A stretch of 64,000 bases of DNA, from positions 20,026,001 to 20,090,000 of the forward strand of contig NC_043009.1 of assembly GCF_006345805.1 (NCBI RefSeq). Direction: 5' to 3'. Under the pieces are notes generated by a model. It saw only the letters and a program-made list of their open reading frames with translations, was not told where the DNA came from and did not search any database. Below, one piece after another: positions 27,581-39,118 of this stretch (the stretch's first letter is position 1; each line of letters opens with the position of its first letter). Made by a program: the position numbers and the translations under genes. Origin of the DNA: Octopus sinensis (Eukaryota).

Positions 27581-30500
27581 TAGATTGCAAAGGTAAGTAT
27601 AATCTATGGGTTTGAGGATGCAGCATAGCCAAATGGTTAAGAAGTTTCTTTTGCAATCACTAGGCTCCAAGTTCAATCCTAGAGGGCAACTGGTGGGGTT
27701 AGGGGTCCTTTTATCGTTGCCCCTGGTTGACCCAAGTTTTACAAGTGAATAGAGGGAAATTGTGGTAAAGCCCATCAGATGGGCTAGACCAGTAATCTAA
27801 AGGACCAGCCTTGTTATACTGATTCTACCTGAGAATTCGGTTAAGGGTAGACCTGAGAGATACTCAGCCATTCAGGTGATAATTTATGACAAATATTTGT
27901 TGATGAAACAAATGAATATCCGTCATTGAAACCTTACATTTTTATCACAACTGTTAATGGGGACTGAATGAAGATGTATACAGGAGACAAAAAAAAAAGC
28001 TATAATGCAGGGAAAGAGTAGATAATAGAATTAATGGGGAATAAATTCTAAAAGTGGTTGACATAAGAAAAGTGTAATAAGAATATCATTATGGAAATTT
28101 TGTGTAAGTGAGGTCCCTGCACACAAATATCTAATTCCATCACTGTGCCGTAATGGACAGGGTATGAGGGTTGACAACAGGGACTCACAACTAAAATATA
28201 CTGGTTGTTTAGTTAATGATAATAATTAACACTAATTAAAATAGCAGTGATGACAGGTGCACAGAAGATGAGGTTAACCAAGTTGATAAACTATTCTAGT
28301 AATAACTCATAAAACACGTTATTAATTAGAATATGTTTAGTTCAACAGGTATAAGGTAGATCAATAATTTATGAATGGTGCAAGTAACTGATGTAAAAAT
28401 GTGTAATGTCACTTAATGCAGTGTCAGAATGAACAAACATTGCCAGTTATTGTATCAATAGATCCTGTAGACACATATAGCCTCAAACCAAACAGCTTGG
28501 ATTAAAGCCAGGATTCAGTTTGAAAAGGAGATGAACCAATAACTACTGTTCACAAAGACCTGTAGAAGTTTGTAGAATATCTGGTGCTGACAATTGAGGA
28601 ATTGTCTTAAGAAAATGAGTAAATATCAGACATGGTACTTCATAATGTTAGCAAAACTTAGGGAATGGAAATGGTAGTTAACCATGAGAAAATAAGTAAT
28701 AAATAGAGAGGTGAAGAATCCTTTAGGCAGAGAGAGACAATCATGGGGACGGGGGATTAGATTCAATCAACAAAATTTAAAAGTTACATCAAATCTAACC
28801 TGATTAAGCTTGCTAAACTAGAAAGTATCGTGCACACACACTTTTAAAGCTTAAAACTTCTGAGATTTCACATACTGCATCAATAGCATTGGTTTCAGAC
28901 AGAAATCTTTTAAGATGAGGATTAAAATTGCTAAATTTACACAGAAATTCAAAGACAACCAACAAAACAATTTTAAATCAATTATCCTTGTATACCAATT
29001 ATGTTTATTCCAGAGGTAAACAACCAAAGTCAATCTAGCGGAATTTTGCCTTTCAAAATTGTTAAACCATTAAATTGATGAGGAGAAAATTTCTAAGCCC
29101 AGTCTAGAACACGCCATCCCTTTTCTCCACATGAGAGACGTAAAGTTAGAGAAAGGTAAGAATTATAATTTTTAAAAATATGCTTCATTTCTAAAAATGC
29201 CAAAGAAATTGAAATCAGAATTCAATGCAAAAATGACATATTTTGGTATTTCCATTTAAAGTCAGCTGAAATTCTAGTTTTCTGCTCACAAACTAGATTT
29301 TTCCTTTCCAATCAGGTAACATTTAAAGCAATCACGTGTGAAAACATACACCAGCAATAAAACTTCAATACCTCATTCTGACAATTCACTTCTTCACCAA
29401 TTTATAAATTGATTCAACTAAATTAACCTTGAATTCTACAATAGCTCCTCAGAATGATTTAAATTATAAGAGATGCTGCATGGCTGTAGTCTTAGAACAA
29501 GTAGAAAGCTTATTTAGTTGAAAAGCTCGCCTAATTGGAACAGTTATTCCATCTTCAAACATCAAGCCAGTTGTCTTTTGACTGCAATGACACCAGAATA
29601 TCATTTACAGCGAGCAGAAAACAAATCTATTTTCAGCAATAGTCTTTCAAAATAGCTGAACCATATTATCAAATCTATTTTCTAGGATGACTAAAAGGTG
29701 TTTTTTAATATGACATATATCAATTCCATTCTTTAATCTCCCAGATACAAGCAAATCTATACCCGTTCATCTTTCCCTACTTCTAAGTACATAATGCAGA
29801 ATAACATTGAATAAATATTTAAAATCAACAAGCTCGTCGAATGCAGTCAAAATTTGTAGGTTTTTTTTTTCCTACAGAATTTAAAATCATTTCTTTGAAT
29901 GAAAGATCGGAGAAAACAAACGAAATTCTCTTTAAAAAATATATAATAAACACATTAATATATTTATTTTTCCCAATGAATCGAGAGACGAGGAATAAAA
30001 GCTACGCTTTATAGGTTTCTATAGAGGAATTAAATCAAGAGGCAATACACACACACACACACACAGCATGGGCCATTGAACAAATTTGATGTTCGTTCAT
30101 TTGGCAAATAGCTGTAGACGATGATGACGATGATGAAGCAGGTGGTTGCGAAAACAATTGCGGTCAAATTATTAACAAAATCTTTGATGGTAAAAACTTG
30201 GGGGGAAATGAATGCCTATGAAATTGCTGAAGTCATTTTTGGAAACGGGTAAAATATGTTGTGAATGGAATTGGTATTTGTGTAATGAATAAATTAGAGA
30301 TGATGAACTAAATTTAGAGTACTCTCTGGACAATCTAATAGAAACCTAATTAAACTCAACGAAACAGTTATTATGTCACTATTTCTTTAATATTACTTTT
30401 ACCTGTTCGATTCATAAAATTTTTTCATATCAACAATTTGTCGTTTGAATATAAAAATTCATTTTAAATACAGACAGGAAAAAATTACGAAAAGCTGTTT

Positions 30501-31273
30501 TATGGCGAGTTTCCCTCCTCCAGAAAATTATGAATGGTTCTACCGCAGGAAACTTGTTTATATTATTGTGGAAGGAATCAATGAACTTGTGGTGGCGGGC
30601 AGTGATGTGTATTTGAGGCAGTGGTGCTGGTGGTTATAGAGATTATCTGGGTTACACTACCCAGATATTAACACTTTGGCCAAAAGGCAGCACTAAGCAC
30701 CATCGCCAGGACCAAACATGCAAATGTTATCAATTTCCATTACTTCTCTTCGCAATCATTCGATTCCTTTTTACCAAATATAGAATTAACATCGAAATAA
30801 TATCAAAAATAATACGACTTCCAAATTAAAAAATATATTTACAATTAATTTAAAATTTAAAAATAAATATAAACAAATTAAAAGTTGGAAACGGAAAAAT
30901 AAAAAAAAATGGGTTCTTTTTTTCTTCAATAAAAATTGATTTGTTGAAAGTAAAACATTTTCGGGGTTTTTTATGTCACAATATTAAATGGCGATTAGAA
31001 AAGTTATTTTATCTGTAAATCAAGAACACACATACACACACACAAACAAACATATTCTGGTTTGTGTTATGACAGAGAGAGAAGCACAATAGAAAAAAAA
31101 TTCTCCCAAATAACATTCAATATGGTAAATAGGAAAAAGTGATTTCTTAATTGATAAAACCTAAATACGTTTAGTAATGATAGGCAAGTGGTTTGATCAG
31201 GCAGATCTGGTGTTTTTATTGACACTCTATACACACCTCTCCATATATATATATATATATAATTGCTTAGTAT

Positions 31274-31336
<63 letters not shown>

Positions 31337-32979
31337 CCCACACACCTTTCTCTCTCATATATATATATATATATATACACCTATATGTATGTATTGATTG
31401 CTCGATAACACCAAGTACAAATTAAAACCATCATAATGACACCAACAACAATAAAACCAATATTCACAAACCAAACCAGCTCCTACAGCTTTCACTGTTC
31501 ATTTACTTGTAATTTTGTTGTTGTTGTTGTGGTGGTGGTGGTTATGGTCTTTCTTTTTTTCCTCTTATTTGTTATTTTTGTAAGATCAATAAATACCATT
31601 TCGTTTAGGAAACCAGTTTATGGCTCGAAATGTTCACTCTTGTGTAAAACAGTTATTTTCCCTTACCTTTCAGGTTAGGTTTAATTTTCGCCAAATTATC
31701 AAAAATAACACGATTTCTATTATTTGCTTAGGTGAAATAATATATATACAGCTTTACAGGATCAATATTTCAACCAGTTTCTCTACAGACATCATTTCAA
31801 TTCAGTTGTATAAGAATTTGGTCTGTTATGCCAGAGAATATTCGCCCAGAGAAGAGAAAAATAACAAAGTGACAAATACTTATTTCTATTAAAGATCTGA
31901 GGAATCAACGACTGGAATTAATATTGAAATGTGTCTCAAAGGCTTCACTTTGACATTAAAGTCGATGCCAACATCTGTAGAAATGGTGAAACACAGAAAG
32001 GTAGGAGTTTATTTAGGAAGGATATGTGTACGAGAAAGAAATCATTAATCAAAAGCCAGGAAATAAAATGTAAATATCTATCAGTAATTAACAATGGACC
32101 TAGATTTTAATTGTGGTTTTCACACGACGAAGCGTTGGCGATTAAGACTGAAAGTTTCCCAGACTCGAAACAATATCAGAGGAATTTATTAAAAGGAATC
32201 TTAAAGAAAATATACTGACACCCAAACAGCATGGTGAAACAATTGTGTCAGAGGAAATTAAAGCTTTCTTCTTTTTTTTTAATATTTTCCACGGTGTTAC
32301 AGGAGTTAAATATATAACTAAAATATCATTAATATTATATAAAATATAAATTAATGTTAGATGAACTAAAATTAAAAATTAACGTTTATATAAATTGTTA
32401 TATAAAGCATTTTATGTGGGAAGGTAAAACATATATTAAGACAGAAGAACAAATATGTAAAAACGTTGCAGTGACTTCGAAGTTTCACCAAAGGTTAACT
32501 TACAATATCTTTTTAATTAATTAATTAATTAATTAAAAAATATACATTAAAAACAGCAAAAAAATAAAACAATTAGAATGTATGATTTATCGAAGACTGA
32601 AATCATTAGGAAAAAAAGAAAAAAAATCAAACGATTTCTCTTACAACTTTCCTTTTTTTTTTTCTTTCTAGATTTCCTAACATTTTAGATTTGAGTTTAA
32701 ATTAGTTTTATATTTATAAATATTGTCTATTCAACTGACTTCTCTCTTTTATTTACTGTCCGTGTCTCTGTCGTCAGGTTTCCAGCCAGTGATGGCCATT
32801 CGTGTTGTAACAATGCGCAACAGTGCATCAATGCAACAGAGGAGGGCACAACACCATGCCAACATCTACACCACCACCTTGGCACGAAATCAATCCATTC
32901 CTTTATATAACACACACATATATATATATAAATATATATATACGTGTGTGTATGTGTGTGTCTGTATAAATATATATCG

Positions 32980-33273
32980 GTACTACTAGCGAACAGTGGT
33001 CCCGGTGCGCGCACTCGCATAGTCGCGTATCCGCGCTAGCTAGTCGTGACTAGTCGATCCTACAACGACTACCTAGCAAGGTAAATAAAACACAAAATAA
33101 ATAATTTTTTTTACACAATGTAAATAATTTTTGTTAAACAAAGTAAATAAAACACAATGTAAATAATTTTTCTAAACAAAGTAAATAACACAAAAACGCC
33201 AAAGTAAGGATCGACTAGTCATGACTAGCTAGCGCGAGTGCGCGCACCGGGACCACTGTTCCCAAGTAGTAGC
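32980..33273. mobile_element. 294-bp MITE with ~65-80-bp CpG-rich TIRs and ~10-bp TSD (Mutator-like geometry)
   Basis: GAACAGTGGTCCCGGTGCGCGCACTCGC...GCGCTAGCTAGTCGTGACTAGTCGATCCT mirrored at 33207-33273; flanks AAATATATATCG / AAATATATCG; G...C termini. Confidence 0.85.
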
Positions 33274-33289
33274 AAATATATCGAAGAAG

Positions 33290-33960
33290 CTGCTGTGTCG
33301 TGTTTGTCGCCAAAGACAGCCAAAATCTTTGAATAGACGAGTGTGTGGGAAAGAAGGACTTTCAAAAAAAATAGCACTCTGCTACTCACCAAAGAATTGT
33401 AGTCGAAAGAACGATAGAAATAGTGATCCGTAAAACGGTTCGAAATATGTGAAAGTTGTGCAGTGAACCAACTGCGACTACTGGCTGCCACTGAAGTAAG
33501 AAGAAGAGAATGTGTTGGCCTCCTGCATCTGTCCAAGTGAGCCGCCGCCGCCGCCGCCGCCGCACTACACTGCAACAACAGGAAGCTGGCACAGCGAACG
33601 TTCGAGATTGTAACGGGTGAGACACATTAACACACAAATAATTGTCAAGTTCCGAACGTTTGTACTCTAAACAATAACGTTACTGCCGGAAATTGCCGAA
33701 CGATTCGTAGTCAGTGAAAGCAGAAAAACAAATAAAAAATGAAAATGTCGAACAAAATATGTTTCTTCAATGAATTTAAACAGCTTCGTTTAACAGAAAA
33801 ATCTTTTTAAAGATATCATTCCGAAATTGGGCGGCACTTTCAAACGATTTATGGCTATTTTATTGAACATGACAATTTTACTAGATTAATATTTTCCCCC
33901 GGTTACACTTAGCGCTATTTGATGCCGTTGTCATGGTGATTGCGCGCACAAGACGTCATG
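33290..33960. promoter_or_regulatory. CpG-retaining promoter / first-exon region, possibly bidirectional
   Basis: (GCC)7 at ~33542-33562; consensus donor G|GTGAGT on minus at 33390/33389 and G|GTGAGA on plus near 33618; ETS-like GCCGGAAAT (~33686), X-box-like GTTGTCATGGTGAT (33927-33940), TGCGCGCA, CRE-like AGACGTCA (33951-33958). Confidence 0.55.
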
Positions 33961-34634
33961 TATTGTTTTCAGCTTTTGTCTCTCTCTTTCTCTCTATCAT
34001 AACTAAATAAGGAGAATTAATAACTACTTCTAACGTAATCCAAATATTAAATTACAAATTCTACATGTTTTTAATTCACAAAACCTATAGTGTTTCTTAT
34101 TTTACCTCTTGAAACTAAATAACGACGACCTGTAGGAGGAGGGGGAAATGATTAAGTAATGTTGACACTTGGAGAGTCTCTTCACCATATCACTGAACGA
34201 ATATCGAATAAAATCATTTAAGATCAACCGTGGATGTTAATTGTAGATGCAGTGCGTGTGTGTGTGTGTATGTGTGTGGTGCCTTAAATAAAGACAAGTA
34301 AAAAAACAAAACAAATATGGCCAAACTAGTTTACAAGTTTATAATCGCGTTTTGAATCCGAGGAAACTAATTTACGCGATATTTATATTACAATTTGTAG
34401 AGTTTAGATTATTTATATATTTTGTAAAACGAGGAAGATATTCGCTTTGAATATTAGAGTTAAGCCTAAAGAAAACATGAATGTGTGTGTGTGTGTCTTT
34501 GTATGTCTGTACACAGTAATAGAAATAGATTTGAAAAATAAGGTTGAAGTACCGACGTTAACTGAAAAGAAGGGAAGCATCCTGCCCAGCCCACCCGCCT
34601 ACTACCATGTTTCATCTCTAAACACACACACACA

Positions 34635-35000
34635 CTCATCATCATCATCATTTAACGTCCATATTCCATTGCATATTAACGTCTATATTCCATGGTTCTT
34701 TATTATCTGACAAGCCAATGGACAGTGCCAAGCTTTAATGCCTATTTCGGTCTGATTTCTAGATGCCCTTCCTCATGTCAACCACTTACAAAGTGTTCTG
34801 GGTACATTTTGTCAGGCAGTGGCACTAATGAAGTCCCCAAGGGACTTGCCAGACAAGACCCCCCCTCAGCTGGTAGGGGGAGTGGTATTGAGGGAGGTGG
34901 TTGGGTACCAGGTGTTGAGAGATTAAAGTATGGCCGAGAGACAGGAACAGGTGTCTTGCTGTAGAAGAGATACAGGGATACCCTAACAGGAAAGGGAGAG
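34635..35000 (-). mobile_element. Non-autonomous element with RTE-type (GAT)n tail
   Basis: CATCATCATCATTTAACGTCC tail and GATGCCCTTCC block; CCAGGTGTTGAGA...GTCTTGCTG block is also seen at ~53080-53135. Confidence 0.6.
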
Positions 35001-35396
35001 AGTGGAGATGAGGTTTCAGAGCTTGTTCTTTGGGGTGTAAGAAGATGAATAAAATGAGAAGAGGGACAGAAAATCAGAGACAGTTGGGTGACTAGGTCTG
35101 GAGGTGGTGGTGAAAGGAGAGTGACAAAAGGTGAGAGATGAAGACAGAGATAAATGAAGAGAATGGTAAACAGGAATGGCAGATATGAGAGGCTGTTCTG
35201 TGAAAAAATTGGAAAATAAAGTAGTAAAGGTTGATGATGAAAATGTGGATTGGGTGACAAGGGAAATGGTTCCAAGGAGAGGGATAACTGATAAAACATA
35301 AGGGAGGATGAAATATATAATATATATATATATATACACACATATATATACATGTATATATGTGTATATATATATGTATGTATATATATATGTATG

Positions 35397-37813
35397 TCCA
35401 TCGCTCCAAGAAAGTGGGCTGACCACACATTAACACTGCCAGAACCTCGGACCCTACACTGCGAAAATGTTTTGCTGCTTCTATCAAGGTTGCCCTCAGT
35501 AGCTGCCCAACCTCCTCTGCTGAAAGTAGGTGGAACTATATCAGGGAAGCTTTGTATACGACATCAATAGATACTTTCGGTATGAGAGAAAGGCAAAACC
35601 CAGACTGGTTCAATGCTGGACTCTCAGAGCTGGAGCCAGTTATCGAAGCAAAGCGTGCAGCTCTGATGCAATACAAGAGTGATTCTTCTACAAAGTCACT
35701 CGAAGAACTCAGAAAGGCAAGAAATAAAACCCAACTGACAGCCAGACGCTGTGCAAATAGGTATTGGCAGGAAATCTGTCAGAGTATCCAGTCAGCTGCT
35801 GATGGGGGCGACACCCGTGGGATGTATGCCGGTTTGAAGAAGGCCCTCGGTCCATCCGCAACCAAGTCAGCCCCTCTGAAATCAACTACTGGAGATCTCA
35901 TCAGGGATCAAAGCAAGCAAATGGATAGATGGGTGGAGCACTACCAGGATCTCTACTCACGGGAGACTACAGTGGCTGAGGCTGCAGTCGAGAGTGTCAA
36001 GATCTTGCCAGTCATGTGTGAACTTGACAGTCCGCCATCTATAGCAGAGCTCACCAAGGCTATTGACTCCCTAGCAAGAAACAAGGCAACGGGAAAAGAC
36101 GGCATCCCCTCAGAGATCATCAAAGCCGGCAAAAACACCATCCTGCTTCGGCACCTTCATGAGCTTCTGTGTCAGTGCTGGGAAGAGGGTACAGTCCCTC
36201 AGGATATGCGGGATGCTAACATCATTACGCTTTACAAAAACAAAGGCGACCGTGGTGATTGTAACAATTACCATGGAATATCTCTTCTAAGCACTGTTGG
36301 AAAGACCTTTGCCCGTGTTATCCTGGCCAGGCTACAACTACTTGCTTCTCGAATCTATACGGAATCGCAGTGTGGCTTTAGAAGAAGCAGATATGATATT
36401 CTCCATACGCCAACTTCAGGAGAAGTCCAGAGAGCAGAAAATGCCATTATTTATGGCCTTCATTGATCTAACAAAGGCCTTTGACTCGGTAAGCAGAACA
36501 GGCCTCTTCATCCTGCTCCAAAAAATCGGATGTCCACCAAAGCTGCTGAGGATCATCAAGTCTTTCCATGATGATATGCAAGGCACCATACAGCACAATG
36601 GTTCAACATCAGCCGCCTTCCAAATAAAAAACGGAGTAAAGCAAGGTTGTGTCCTCGCTCTTACTCTCACATACCTTTCAGACATCAGATGATGGAGTGT
36701 TTCTGCACAGTAGAAGTGACGGGAAACTGTTCAATCTCTCGCGCCTGCGTGCCAAGACCAAAATCAGAAACGTCCTGATCAAGGAGATGCTATTTGCTGA
36801 TGATGCCGCTCTGGTATCACACACAGAAGAAGCCCTCCAAAGGCTCATTAACTGTTTTGAGCAAGCATGTAACGACTTTGGCTTAGCTATCAGCCTTAAG
36901 AAGACCAACATCATGGGTCAGGCTACATTGGACATCCCAAACATACATATTGGAGACCACAGATTACAAGAGGTGGAGAAGTTTACCTATCTTGGCTCTA
37001 CCGTCACCTACAACCTATCCCTTGACACTGAGCTCAATATATGCATTGGCAAGGCAGCTGCTGCGATGGCCCAACCCTCCAAACGGGCATGGGACAACAA
37101 TAAGCTGACCAAGACCACGAAAATGAAGATCTACCAGGCATGTGTACTTAGCACTCCACTGTATAGAAGTGAGACTAGGACGCTATACACACACCAAGAG
37201 CGTCGCCTAAACATCTTTCACCTGCGCTGCCTCCAGAAAATCCTCCGCATCAAATGGCAGAATCATATCCCCAACAAAGAGGTCCTCAAGCAAGCAGGAA
37301 TACCAAGCATGTTTGCACTCCTCACACAAAGACGTATGAGATGGCTTGGGCATGTTAGCCGTATGAAAGATAGCAGAATCCCCAAGGACATACTCTACGG
37401 AGAGCTTGCTAGGGGTACTAGGTCTGTGGGTTGACCGTTCTTATGTTACAAGGATGTTTGCAAAAGGGACATGAAGGCCTGCAACATCAATATTAGCGGT
37501 TGGGAAGCAGTTGCCGGCAACCGTGGAGATTGGTGACGTACCGTAAAAGAGGGAATACAAAGGAGTGACAGAGAGAGAGAGAGAGAGGAGAAATGGAAAG
37601 ACAAGAGAAGACGTCAACAAGAAACTATGGCATTACAACCAGCCAGGAACAGTCTTCGCTACATTTGTGGTACCTGCCAGAGGGAGTGTTTGTCCAGGAT
37701 AGGACTACACAGCCACAGCAGGAAATGTATCAGGACATGAAATGTAAAAGCCGGACTAGACTATTTTATGTGCAACTCCATTGTCTCCCGAGACAAAAAG
37801 GATGCCAACCAAC
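35397..37813 (+). mobile_element. 5'-truncated RTE (BovB-like) LINE, frameshifted, with one C-terminal C2H2-like finger
   Basis: ORFs 35552-36466, 36297-36692, 36649-37434: KGDRGDCNNYHGISLLS, FIDLTKAFDSV, GVKQGCVLA, LFADDAAL, MRWLGHVSRM; YICGTCQRECLSRIGLHSHSRKC near 37665-37730; inserted in TA microsatellite. Confidence 0.95.
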
Positions 37814-37819
37814 TATGTA

Positions 37820-37864
<45 letters not shown>

Positions 37865-37891
37865 ATAATAATATTATATATATATATATAT

Positions 37892-38643
37892 AGGCCTCAT
37901 CGAGGCAATGACTAGTGAGTGAGACCTTTGGAAATATGCTGTGTGTGAGAAGACCCGGCAGGACAAGTGAGTCCATAACCCGTGGCCTTTGCCACGGATG
38001 TAGCCAGCCCACTTATGCATACCTTTCTTTCTTTGGACACAAAACTCTGCTTGCGAAGACCTGTTGAGGCAAGTGAAATCGAACCACATCCGACAACTGG
38101 CACCCATGCCAACCTCCCTTCATTGGACACTAAACTCTGCTTGCGAAGACCTGTTGGGGCAAGTGAAATCGAAACTGAATTCGAAATCGAACCACATCCG
38201 ACAACTGGCACCCATGCCAACCTCCCTTCATTGGACACTAAACTCTGCTTGCGAAGACCTGTTGGGGCAAGTGAAATCAAAATTAAACCAAATCCTATGA
38301 CTGGCACCCGGCCATTGCCAGTGCCGCTGGACTGACTCCTGTGCAAGTGGCAAGTAAAAAAACACCGTTTCGACCCTGTGCTTCAGGAGACCTATTGAGT
38401 CAGGTACATCAACATCAAAAATCGATGGAAATTGTAGTTGTGATCCCTGTGCCGGTGGCATGTAAAAAGCACCCACTACACCCACAGAGTGGTTGGCGTT
38501 AGGAAGGGCATCCAGCTGTAGAAATCCTGCCAGATCAGACTGGAGCCTGGTGCAGCCTTCTGGCTTCCCAGATCCCAGTTGAACCGTCCAACCCATGCTA
38601 GCATGGGAAATGGATGTTAAACGATGAAGATGATAAGGATGAT
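37892..38643 (+). mobile_element. 3' fragment of a second RTE family: ORF end plus long modular 3' UTR and (GAT)n tail
   Basis: GLIEAMTS..DLWKYAVCEKTRQDK* then three 90/108-bp units, then GGTTGGCGTTAGGAAGGGCATCCAGC...TTAAACGATGA; paralogous to 53304-54103. Confidence 0.85.
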
Positions 38644-38668
38644 ATATATATATATAGAGAGAGAGAGA

Positions 38669-38976
38669 ATATAAATTAGAGATAAAACCACTATTAGGCA
38701 AATCAAACAGTGATAGACAGAAACCAAAACATAAATAACAAATAAAATATATTTTTATAAAACATATAACTAGATCACAAAAAGTATAAAAATGAATAAT
38801 CAATATATAATAAGTAATAAGTAAATAATAAGTATTGATTATTGATTATTCATTTTTATACTTTTTGTGATCTAGTTATATGTTTTATAAAAATATATTT
38901 TATTTGTTATTTATGTTTTGGTTTATGTCTATCATTGTTTGAATTGCATAATAGTGGTTTTATCTCTAATTTATAT
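38669..38976. repeat. Fold-back palindrome, 137-bp arms (38669-38805 / 38840-38976), 4 mismatches
   Basis: Direct reverse-complement comparison; all mismatches fall in the outer ~55 bp. Confidence 0.95.
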
Positions 38977-39118
38977 TTTATATACTTATATTGTGAAATT
39001 TGATTTAATACTAAATTGAATTTTTCCCAGTAAGTTTGGAGTTATACTCCCTAATATTATTATTATCATTATTATTATTACTATTATTATTATTATTATT
39101 ATTATGATTATTATTATT

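Noticed and set aside
33225-33578. 117-aa ORF with poly-Ala
   Set aside because: Product of the (GCC)7 tract; runs through a consensus donor and into the MITE.
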